NCBI RefSeq assembly: GCF_041956535.1 | Contig: NW_027192193.1 | Span: 28,792 to 92,791, forward strand | Length of the DNA: 64,000 nt | Direction of reading: 5' to 3' | From: Calcarisporiella thermophila CBS 279.70 | Lineage: Eukaryota > Fungi > Calcarisporiellomycota | Shown: positions 23,401 through 35,200 of the stretch, piece after piece | How positions within the stretch are numbered: position 1 is the first letter of the stretch | Layout: every line of letters starts with the position of its first letter | Program-made: the position numbers and the translations under genes | Notes under the pieces: model-generated | What the model saw: the letters and a program-made list of their open reading frames with translations, nothing else | Database searches by the model: none | Told to the model about the DNA's origin: nothing

Positions 23401-25525
23401 AGGCTCGCAAATGTCACCTCCTAGCGAATCAAGCAGCTGGGAAAGTGAAACGTACGGTGGACAGGTCCTTAAAGCTCACCATTCAAGATATCGACATCCC
23501 TACGATCAAGGCGAGAGATTCATTCAAATACCTCGGGAACAAAGTAGGCATGCAACGCAACGGAATCTACGGCCAATTCCACGAGATGCTCAAAGACACC
23601 GAAACAGTGCTGATGAAGGTGGCCGACTCCCCACTGCGAATCCACCAGAAACATCACGCGATTCGCACATTCGTAATACCGAAATGGGAATACTTTGTTC
23701 AACTCAACGGATTGGGGGTTCACCACGCCAAACTCCTTGGACAAGCACTCAGGACGGCGATTCGCAAGTACTGCAAGCTGCCCACACATGCCTCGATGGC
23801 GTTCTTCCACACCGACAGAGAGAACGGAGGCCTCGGCATGCCGGATCCATGGACATGGGCGTGCTCCACACAAGCAGTACACGTGGCGGAACTACTGAAC
23901 TCCAAGGACCCGACGGTTCGCAAGCTCGTGGTGGACTCAATCAGAAGTATCATCGAAGCCCGGTACCCAGGTGTACCGCATACGATGGAGGAACACACGC
24001 TGGTCATGTCCTATCTGGGAGGCAGTTTGGAACATCTTAAACAAGGAAACTACATAGACTGCTTCGACCTCATTGCGCACGTCCCACGGGCCATCAAAGC
24101 GACAAGGATGAAGATTACGTACCATACATATAAAGGCTACGAAGTAGTCCCTAACAACCCCCCACAGGTAGCGGAGAATCAACCCGGCACGGAAAGAGAA
24201 ATAAAATGGCCCAGAACGCTAACAAAGGTCGCAAGGGTGAAAGCGGCATGCCGACAGCATATCGCGGAACACTGGGCCTCACAACCGCAGCAAGGTCACG
24301 CACTAGCTACACTGAGAAACCCCCACTCCAACGCGTGGCTGACCAACAGCGACCTATACCCGGCTGCATATCGATTTGCCGTCAAGGCCAGGCTGGACCT
24401 TCTCCCTCACAACAGGAACAAACAGAGATGGAAACAACGAGACACTGCAGATTGCCCCCACTGTGGAAGGATGGAGACCACCCACCATATCCTATCCGTC
24501 TGCCCTAGATACCGGCCCATCCGCACCGAACGGCACGACAAGATAGCGGAGCGCCTTGCGAGAACAGCAAGGTATAACCACCCCGACTGCGAAGTGTTCG
24601 TTAACCAATCACCACCAGATATCCAAGCGGACCAACTACGGCCAGACCTGGTTATCGTGAACAGAACGCTAAAACAGGTCAAAATCCTGGACGTTGCCGT
24701 TACCGCCCAGTGCGACGACCAATGTTTAAACGAGAAACGAGAGGAGAAGGTCACCAAATATACCGCCATTAATCAGCAATATGAAGACCTAGGCTTCAGC
24801 ACTAGACTCGACGCAGTGGTGTTTGGAGACCTCGGAGGATCAGACACACGGAATACAACCATTTTCACGCAGATCCTAAAGTCGCCGAGATCTTATGCAG
24901 ACAAGATGCACCGCTTTATCGTCGCCGACATCCTACGTGCCGGTCAAAGAATCTGGGCTCAACGTAGCAACCTCTCTCTCCCGGCAGTAAACAACAACAG
25001 ATACATCGCCGACAGTAGAGACACAGCGCGAAATGTTGCTCCGACTACACAAGACATCGTACAAGCGACCCCAGTGACCCAAATCAACCGATTAATCGAA
25101 GACATCCGACACGGCAGAGAATAACAAAATAATAATAGAAAAAAAAAAATAAAAATAAAAAATAACAAAAAAAAACCAAAAAAAAACATAAAATACAATG
25201 AAGTTAATATTTTATTCCAATAACTAAAATAAGTTCCGCTTTACTCTATAGTATCATATTTTAACCCTATTATAATGTTAGTATTCTTTTTCTTCTCAGT
25301 ACTTTTCCCTTATATTCACTGTTTTCCATCTCATATATCTGATATTGTGGAGACGCGGGGGAAACCCCCGCGGACCCCCATCATTATTATAATTTATCTT
25401 ATTTCCTTTCTTTTCTTTGCTTTTTACTCTTTTACGCGCCCGCACCTCCAAGTGTTGTGCTTTAGTATTGAGACTTATTATTGCTTCTTCTCTGTCAATC
25501 AATACAAACGAAATAAAAATATTAT
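20441..25525 (+). mobile_element. RLE-type (NeSL/Utopia/R2-like) site-specific non-LTR retrotransposon, near full length, inactivated
   Basis: One original ORF from 20489 to 25124: several N-terminal C2H2-like zinc fingers; RT (SSAGPDGI, NWRPVSL, NQKGFMP..GCIEH, DFKDAF, GVKQGDPSSP, LADN, FKYLG); CCHC knuckle CPHC..HILSVC; RHD; RPDLVI..ILDV..KVTKY endonuclease. A-rich 3' UTR; bounded on both sides by tRNA-Glu 3' sequence. Confidence 0.92.
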
Positions 25526-25927
25526 GGGTTCGATTCCCTGATTCGAAGTAGTTTTTTGCATATTTCTTATTATTTTATTGATGTTTTTCTCCTCTTGAAG
25601 GGCATAGGGACGTTCCCCTCGTCGTGAGGAACCGATTGATACCTTTTTTGTGGGGAGTTTCTGCAATTTTTGCGGAATGATCGAAGATGATGAGAAAATC
25701 GACGCTGATGATGGCCATAGTGACTCCGCCAATACAGCTCCGAATGTCACGGGAATGGTTCAGCAGGGACCACTGATGCGTCCTGACCTCGTGGGGACAG
25801 GATCTCTCCGCCATCCGAGTTGTATGCGGTTCATCTGAGGCTCGGAGACATGGGGCCCTCATTCACTTGATGAGGCATCTAGCGACGACGAACCAGACCA
25901 GAGAGCACCACAGGCGCTGCGCCAAGT
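25526..25927 (+). repeat. Direct repeat copy X2, starting with a tRNA-Glu 3' fragment (T arm, acceptor 3' strand, terminator)
   Basis: GGGTTCGATTCCCTGATTCGAAGTAGTTTTTTG versus intact GGGTTCGATTCCCCGATTCGGAGTAGTTTTTTG; downstream matches 19046-19415. Confidence 0.9.
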
Positions 25928-27046
25928 TCAGAATCTCCCGCCCTTAAACGTAGGATTCAAAGACCACCGTTTGAATAAGACAGTCGAGCCAGGATGCTAG
26001 TGAAGGCTAATTTACGACGCAACTGTTTACGACAACTAGCGATTCCCCAGACAATCCGATGTTCGAAGTACCGTCTACTTAGTCGGAAAAAAATTAGTAC
26101 GGCCATAATGGTAGAGGGATTTTTCGTGTTAGCAATATAACGTTGCTGCACCCTTTGTTATACGTTCGACCTCGAGATCTTGACCAACCTTTAGCTATCT
26201 TCGCCAAGCCGACAAAGCGCACTCATGAGTTCCCGGAAAGCAGACTTCCTCTTCACTGTTGTCCATCTACCTGCCGAAATGACACTTCGATCTGAGCAAA
26301 ACCTTGACTAGACCAACATCCTCTTGCTATAGTTGTCTCTGATGTCACGAGGCCTTTACTCATGACTTGGCTACAACCTCTATTTACCAATGGCCATTTC
26401 ATCCGGCGACAAAGAACCAGACCAGAGAGCAGCAAATGGCGCTGCGCCAATTTACGGAGGTGGCACCACAACAGGGCCTAGATTAAGTGGTTATTTGTAC
26501 ATACACCGCGTGGTGGCCAGGTAGACCGAATTCGTCTATAGGAGGCTCAGCAGCTCGAGCCAACTGCCGACCGACGCCACTGGCTATCACCCGTGTTCCT
26601 GCGTCCCCGCGGGGGCTAGGATAGAGTCGGACGCATCAGGATAACAAAAGCTGGTACCAGACACCATGGACAAAACACAATTGGGAACAAGTCTAAAGGG
26701 CCTCTCAGGGAACCTCCCTACCGAAGATTCTATTTCGCCCGAAGGGAAGCACTGTGAGGACATAGCGAGCCTTGCACCCTACTTCCATCCACCTTCCCTC
26801 TTTGGAAGATGTCGAAAATGAGTTGAGTCGTGCTGACGAGGTGATACTGTGCCATTGCCAGGCTCAAATACTTAGTTTAATATCAATCTGGTTCCTGCTA
26901 GAAAAAAGTCAAAATAATTTTCTGCTACGAAATATTATACACTTTACTCAAGAAATAAGCTCTGCAATTTATTAACTTTTGAAATATTAACAAAGTTATA
27001 ACTGGTTTTGTAAATAAAATAGCAAAAGGAGTCAATTATAGACTTC

Positions 27047-29390
27047 TCATAAGTGTAAACCGTTGCAAAGATTTTGCTTCCAAAGAGGTGTCTCTGCTGA
27101 TTCTTGACCTTCAATGCCACGTTTGGAGAAAGGACTGGTGAAGCAGCCCAGCTCGGACTTGCCCGCGCGCATTTGGCAGATAAGTTCCTTTTTGCAAGTT
27201 GAGTCACACTTTCCTTCACGCCCGGCAGATCCAGTGCGATACAAGAAAAATTTGTCGAAGAGCTCATTATTCTTCTCGAATTGAACAGTAAGTGTATGCC
27301 ACCAGGCTGGCGTTAATGGTGCATGGGGAGAATCAAAAGCATAGTCTTTACGAGCTGAATATTCTAGTTTCCATTCGGGCTCTTCGTCATTTTTCTCCCA
27401 TTTGCTTGCTTGTGATATGTCGGCATAGTAGGTCAGAGAATCAACGACAGTGAATGTCTCTGCGTCTACTTTATACACACGATAGGTAGGGTTCTTATTT
27501 GTGTATGTCGTGACAGATGGTGCAATATATCCAACAGCTATAGCATGTTTGGCATCACGGTCGTCGTCAGATGAGTAGAAGACCTCAAACTCGTCACGGT
27601 GAGTGTGACCGAAGAATATTCCTGCTATAACATGAGGGCTATATCTTTGTACAATCTGATAGAAGAGGTGACTGTAATTATGCATGCAGTCACTTTGCCC
27701 GCTGGGATGATGCCCAAGAATCCAAACACGTTGACCTGACAAATAAATTCAAAAAAATTATTAAATGCAATTCATTAAAAAATATCAAACATATTTGTAT
27801 TACGCACCGTTATCTTCGGCATCCTGCAATTCAGAGACGAGCCATGCAAGCATTAGGTTAGGATCAGGGTGATCTCTTGCATGGTCAAGCACATAAAAGT
27901 TGAGGGTGTAGCACCAGTTGGTATTTAAAGATATAACCTTTAGCTTGGGGTATGCTTCGGGAGTATAGGAATAAGAGCCTGTATTCTTAACCACTTGCTT
28001 AGCTGTGTCGGAGTCCAAGAATTTCTCCCATTGTTCTGCAAAGAATGGGTATTGTGGGTCGTCCTTTCCTTCGGGATAGTGTTTGGGAGGAGAAAGATTG
28101 ATAGGAACGAAGTCGTGATTACCAACAACTGGGAAGAAAGTTTTGACTGCTTTGTTCAATTTTCGATGAAGACCATCCCACGTGCGCTTAATGTTTTTCT
28201 CTGCAGCTTCTTTGTCAGCAATCCTAAATGATTGACAAACAATCAGGATCTCCTACTATTCCAAAATATTGAATTGATCAAAAATCATACCAGATATCAT
28301 GCGCAACAAGATCTCCGGTTAGGAAACCTAGATCAATATTATCTTTCTTTACAATGTGGTCAATCATATTATCAGCGAGCTATTACGCATATTTAAAAAA
28401 ATTAGCATATCGAAAAACGTGACCCATTTTGTTATTGGAAGGAACTCACAAGCTGAGGGGTGTCACAGCTATAATCTCCCCAGATACTAGCTGGCCTCTT
28501 AGGGGGGTTGGATCCTGAGTCAGAACGACAACAAGTTGGACGGTCGCAAACTGCATCAGAACCAGGCTAACTCGTTGAAATTAAAGATGGTTAGCATTAA
28601 AGAAACAGCCGTAAAAAATAAAGAGTAGGCAGGACGATATATTACCTTATAGTGGCTGTCTACATGCCAATCGCTGAGATGCAGTACATTCAAAGTTTTA
28701 CCGGAGTTCTTGGGGGCAGTAGCATCAACTGGTTTTGGTTTTGGGAACTGCATTTTTCCGGCAGTCGTTTCGGGATAGGGACAAACATCGAGTAGCGCAG
28801 CACAGAGTAACTTTCCATCATAATTCCTATCAAATTTGCTAATTACTTTGAAGAGCACGGGACCTTGTGTATCGACAAGCCCACGGCACTATTGATCAAA
28901 GTTACTCATTAAACGTGTCGGAGAGAGAGTATAGTGTGCTTAGACCTGTTGTGATACATACCGTAGTCTCATCAAATTTCTTTTGAACTTTACACACGCC
29001 GTGCAAAATTTCGTATAAAAGCTTTGGGCTATACTTATAGAGCGTGGCAACTGCAACCTCCGCACCGGTGCATGCGCGGCAGCTCACCGCCTTCTTTCCT
29101 TTCTCGATCAGGTTCAAAAACCAATTCTTGATAGAATTTCCAATGCCAAATGGATCTGCCCTTGCTGCGAGGATGATAGTGCGAGGGTGAGCATTGTGGA
29201 GATCGATATAAGAAAGGTTTCCGTCTGGAAGGAAGGAGAGGCTTGTCAAGTTGAAATCCTCGCCGAAGCCTTCATCATCAAACCCATTAGCTGGCTGGAC
29301 GACCTTGGGCTTTGCTTCGGCACAGCTTGAAGAGAGGAGAAGTGTAATTAAAGAAAGGGCGAGAAGCACGAGGCTCGTTGATTTTTGCAT
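27047..29390 (-). CDS. Acid sphingomyelinase-like metallophosphoesterase (saposin-B plus calcineurin-like domain), multi-exon, secreted
   Basis: Signal peptide, C..C saposin-like region, LHLSDWHVD, TGDLVAHD, VVGNHD, ILGHHP, FFGHTH, APSVTTY..NP.YRVY. Confidence 0.9.
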
Positions 29391-31090
29391 AGTCAGATTA
29401 TGTCTTAAAGACTGGAGGGATAAAGGGAGAGGGGGCGTGTTGAAGGAGGGAACGGGATTAAAGATAGAGTAAGTGAAGATTAAAAATAAGTAAAATAAAA
29501 ATTATTACTACTACGAAACCAGAGAATTTTATCGTAGACTAAGCCCATTGCTCCAATATATATAGTCCTCATGGCTAAAGGTCGGTGCAACCTCATGTCT
29601 TTAGAGTATTAGTGTTATTTGTTGCTTATAAAGGCTCACAAATATAGACTGTATAACTCCGCTGTTTTACCAGCCAGTAGTACAATAAACATGCTCTCAA
29701 ATGTGAATCCGAAAAACTGAAGTGAATTTCAATAAGCAATAAATCTACACGTTTATTGGCTTAAAATGTAAAATACGTGGTATCATACAAAGAACAGGAA
29801 ATGACTCGCTTTGTGAAAAAAGAGAGTAGTGTAAGATTAAGAGGCGCCCTATCTCATTCAGCAAAAGCTATTGCGATACCGAGGTGATCCTTGAAATGGA
29901 TTAGATTTGGCCCGAAGAAAGGAATCAGATAAATCCTATTTCCATTTCCAGAAATTTAGCTCAAACAATGTATTCAAAGGCTTAGTTTTAAAGTTGTGGC
30001 ACGATTGGTAAGAACTAATTGGGCGTGCCCCCATCCGACCCTTCGATTGATGCACATGAGAAAACCATGAGGTGAGCCAATCGAGCACATTATGTCACAG
30101 CGTTCAATTCTGGTTTTGTACACCCATATTTCCAAGGAGATGTTCTCAGGCTCAATGATATAGCACTAGGAAACTTATTTAGAAGCAACCCATAAAGGAA
30201 CAGGAAGCTTCCATTTTGGAATGTAGCTAAGGATTGAATATCGCAGATATGCTCATGCCCACTCTTATTTAGGACTACTACTTCAAGCTACATTACTAAG
30301 TAAAAAGGGGTATAGAATAGTAAATAAATCTGTGCCAGTTGGCTAGGCTTCCGAAAATTTAGTAGGCGATTAAAGATCTAATAAAGGCACTTCTATATTA
30401 AGCCATAGGGCATGTTGTTGAAGTGCCTAAGCCCGGATTCATTAAAGCAACCTCGGCGTCGGATCCTGGTTATTTCCTGTCACTTCAATTACTTTTGAAT
30501 CCATACCAAGAGTCCCAATTGATGCTTAGACACCACCATAAGGTGACATTTCCAGGTGTTTCAATTCAATTGTGCAAAGCCTTACAGAATTACTACCTAT
30601 GTATTACCTTAATATGTCCAAAGTTGTAAAATGGTCTGATGGTTTGCAATAATTGCTAGGGCAATGTGCTCCGGAATAGCGCCTTAAAGCGCACTTTAAT
30701 ATAATAAAATGCAGTAGCAAAGCGTTCGTAATTTGAAAAAAAAAAATTTATATTCTTGAAGCATTGCTACACCTATACCTGAACCTAAGGGGGATATTTC
30801 AACGTGGAATATTATATTTCGTGGACTGCTGCAGAAATGAGTCATTTCAACTAGTCCAACTAGAGCAAATATTATTCATTCTAAACAGTGATTAGAAAAA
30901 GGGAGGGTTTATAGAGCCTTCTTGACAAATAAGCTGCTTTATTAAATTTCAAGGTACTGAGTTTGCAACAACTCAGTGATTCATTTGTAAGTAATCGAAT
31001 ACTTTATAACTTTTGTGCTCGTGGAAAATCACCGGCATTACATACTGATTTCAATACTCGCAATTTGAATTCAAAATATTGACTCCTAAA

Positions 31091-31340
31091 CCCTATAAAA
31101 GACCCGCCCGGTGTAAACTGCAAGATTACGTATAGAAGCATGTAGAAAGGATGAAGCACCTTCGGATTCCTCATAAAGTTTCTTTAATATCACTACAGAT
31201 TGAAATTTCTCCCTATTATAAAATCGTGAAAAGTATGTGAAATGCTTGTAAAAATTTAGAGAATCACGAACATTATTCATCCTTTCTACATGCTTCTGTA
31301 CGTAATCTAACCGTTTTCACCGAGCGGGTTTTTTGTAGGG
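31091..31340. mobile_element. 250 bp MITE with ~65 bp TIRs (CCCTA...TAGGG) and AAA flanks
   Basis: 31091-31155 is an imperfect inverse of 31276-31340; AAA on both sides is a possible 3 bp TSD (CACTA/CMC-like). Confidence 0.8.
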
Positions 31341-32232
31341 AAACATATTAAAAAAATGGATGATATTGTTTAAACTTATAATATATATAGATTTAGGAAT
31401 ATTTTTTCAATGCATCAGGTCCGTTTTTATTTACGGTAGTTTTGTATTGGTGCAAATTAATGTACCTATTTCAGATATACCAGTACTATTAAGCGAATTT
31501 AACAAAATAAAATACTTTAATCCATGCAAAGTGAAGTGGTTTTTTTATTATTTCCGAGTTCATAAATTTCGTCCTTGGACCATTTGATAATTCATTTGTT
31601 TGTTTTCATATATGGTGATGATATTACTCTTTCGTTCAGTTTTTTCAAATGGTAAAGGCTTTTTTGGTACAATATTAAAGTGTACGGCATATGTTAATTA
31701 GAAGGATTGACACAGAGCAATCGCCATTTATTTTGAACTTTCTATAAAGCTTAAGTCGGGTGGAACCAAATGCCATGCATTTTTCAATCCGTTATGGTAT
31801 ACTGAAAATATTATGCAGATTTAATAGCTCTGAAAAATCATTTATTGATTTTCATGAATATAGATTAAACAAATAGGTTTATGTTAAATTTATGTGTTAT
31901 AGTTTATCAACCCTTAAATTACACTATTTATACTTGCAACGAGTGGCTAAATACAAACTTTAATTCTCAATCCAAAAATATCCCAACTATGCGAATCAAA
32001 GCCTTTCTGATGTCGTCACCAAATTCCATTCTTCTACATTTTACGCGTTTATTTGTTACATTGTTACTGTAGCATTTCTGTTATTTTAAATAAGATATTT
32101 CGCGTCTCCCTCTCTTCTACTCCATTTAATTAAAAAAATTCCCGCATTTAACTTGTATTTTTTTCCTCAATACCTCGTAATTAAAATACCTTTATACAGA
32201 TAGTTGAGGCCATAGTTGGAGCGCCATAGGTT

Positions 32233-35200
32233 ATGGAGTCCAATAATAAGATTAACGTGGCCATTAGAGTGCGGCCATTAAATGACCGTGAACTTCAAAA
32301 CGACCAAAAGATAGCATGGAGAGTACAAAATAATACAATAATACAGGGAAATTTGAATGATGAACGGCCAATTCTCGGCTCAACCTATACCTTTGGTGAG
32401 TTATCAGTTTTGATTGAATTATCTCGTTTGCGGTTGAAACAAGAAAATTATTTTTTTACGCGTTAATTGTACATGAATTGCTAATTGTTATCTATTTGTA
32501 CTTTTCCAATAACAGATAAGATCTTCTGGGGGGAGGTGAAGAATGAGCAAGTACATGCATCAATAGCTCGCAATATTATACTTTCTTCAATGGCAGGAAT
32601 GAATGGTATTATTTCTTTTATATTTTATTTGTGTTCTGATTAAAGGGTAAATTCATCTCAATTTAGGAACAATATTTGCATATGGACAAACCTCTTCAGG
32701 GAAAACGGTAGGCTATTTTATTATATTTGTTTGTTTAAACATTATTAAAGTGATTTACGCGTATTGATAGTATACAATGCATGGAACCAAAGAAGAACCA
32801 GGCATAATTCCTTTAGCAATTCGAGATATTTTCCAATATATTATGAATGTAAGTTAACTTTTCACTATGTGTGTATTCAGAATGATAGTTTTTTATTTCA
32901 TCGTGCACAGACGCCAGACCGTGAATTTCTGCTGCGAGTATCATATTTGGAGATTTATAACGAAGTAATCCGTGATTTGATTAATCCTGAGAACGATAAC
33001 CTGAAAATCAAGGAAAGCCCAAACGTGAGTTTTAATATTTTATGTTGAATTATTCATATCTATCTCATTTGTAAACGGTATTTTGTATCCAGAGAGAGAT
33101 CTTTGTCGGCAACCTTACTGAGAAAATAGTCCTCTCCGCAAAAGATGTTCTTTCAATCTTGCAGCGCGGTGAGAGTAACCGACACGTCGGTGAAACAAAT
33201 ATGAATGAGCGAAGTAGTCGCTCACATACAATCTTTCGCATGGTATTAATTGCAATAATTACATTCTATTATCTTATTTTGATTCATACAATTTTTTTTA
33301 CCTATTGATAGATTATTGAAAGTCGCGAACGCAACCGAAAGACTGACCAGAAGAAGCAATCCTACACCGGCGCAGTCAAAGTCTCTTGCTTAGTAAATAT
33401 TAGATTGAAAAAAATTATACTTTTGTATACCTATTCACTGAATCCAAATTATATACTCTTTTTTATATGTAGAATCTGGTAGATCTAGCAGGTTCTGAGC
33501 GCGTTGGGCAAACAGGTGCTGAAGGCATTCGGCTTAAGGAGGGCGGCCATATCAATAAGAGCTTGTTAACACTCGGAACTGTAATTGCGAAACTTTCAGA
33601 GTACGGTAGTGACAGGTATTTTGGCTTGTGAATTCGAAGTTTTCTTTAATTAACAATCTAATTTTATGTATAGGGGTCATATTCCTTATCGTGATTCTAA
33701 GCTCACTCGAATCCTTCAACCTTCCCTTGGCGGTAATGCACGTACGGCAATTATCTGTACGATCTCACCAGCCAGTGGATACACAGATGAAACGTTAAGC
33801 ACATTAAAGTTTGCTAGTCGTGCCAAGAATATTGAGAATCAACCTGAAATTAACGAGGTGCTTTCTGAAGAAGCACTACTTAAGAAATACCGACGTGAAA
33901 TTAGCAATTTGAAACGCCAATTAGACGAGGTAAAGCCCAATTTATTTTTAACTACTGACGACCATAGACACCGGCTAAAGTTCATTTTATATAGGCAAAT
34001 AATAAACAGAATGATGAGAATCGGGCAAATAAACGCAAGCGTATAGATAAGGTATGGTTTGTCTTTGATTAGATACCGAAGTAACTTATTCCTTAGCCTC
34101 CATATTAACTTCTTTTCCTTATACTAGGAGTCAGAGAAATTAAGAGAGGAAAAGGAGCAGGAGCGTTTGCGATATGAAGAGCTAAAACGTATGATATTGC
34201 ATTCATCACGAGTCGAAACAGGTGCTGTACAAGAAGAGATCCGTCGTCAAACATGGCACCCTGGGATGGCTGAGCAAAGCGCTACATCTTCAGCTATAAC
34301 TCAAGCTAGTCGAAAACGAAAATCGAATTGCTCCACTCAGTCTACTACAGGCGAGGTCGAGGAAGAGTCAATTCCATTGCTTGCCGCTAAGCGCCAGCTT
34401 GAAACTCAAAAGGAAAAGATTAAAGAAATCGAGCGGGTGGCAGGCGAAAAGGGGTCCGAAGCCGAGTTAGCCAAACATAAGCTTGAGATTCAGACAGCCA
34501 GAGCAGAAGAGCTAGCACAAAAAGTTGCCGAGATGGAGACAGAAGCAGAAACCGTCAAGCATGAGCTCGAGTCTCAAAGCATCAAAATGAAAGAACTCTA
34601 TCAGATCATTTCCGAAAAGGATGCCCAACTGAAAGACCTCGAAAGTTCTATCGCAGAGAAAAATGCGGAATCTGAAGCAATAAGAGCTGAGCTCGAAGCA
34701 CAATCAATTAAAGTATTAGACCTCTCTAATACTATAGCTGAAACCGAGTCTCATGTGAAATCACTCGAAAATAATGTCCACACGAAGACCATTGAAGCAG
34801 AGGAGGCCAAGCGTAAACTCGAAGAGAATAACTTCGCGTTGATTGAGCTTTCCCAGGAGATTTCCAGAAAGGATACCCAAATGAAGTCATTAGAGCTTGA
34901 GGTTCAGCAAAAAAACGATCAGGCTAACGCAACCCAACGTGACCTCGAGGAGCAGATGACCAAACTGAACGAACTTAGGGATATTCTTTCCGAAAAGTGT
35001 GGCCAGATACAATCACTAGAGCGGGACTTGTCTGATAAAAATGCCCAGGCTGAATCGACTAAGCGAGAACTAGAAGAACAAGTTCGTAGAGTGGAAGAAT
35101 TGTTGCAAGAGCTCAACGAAAAAACTTCTCAAATGACAATATTGAAGAATGAAGTTTCCGAGAAGGATTCTCTGGTTGGAGCGGTCAAGCTTGAGCTTGA

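Noticed and set aside
21905-24769. Antisense and alternative-frame ORFs over the retrotransposon and housekeeping genes
   Set aside because: Shadow ORFs of GC-rich coding sequence with no recognisable motifs.
25197-25208. AATGAAGTTAAT after the RLE A-tract matching SINE C's target site
   Set aside because: Short AT-rich match with no paired duplication on the other side of the element.
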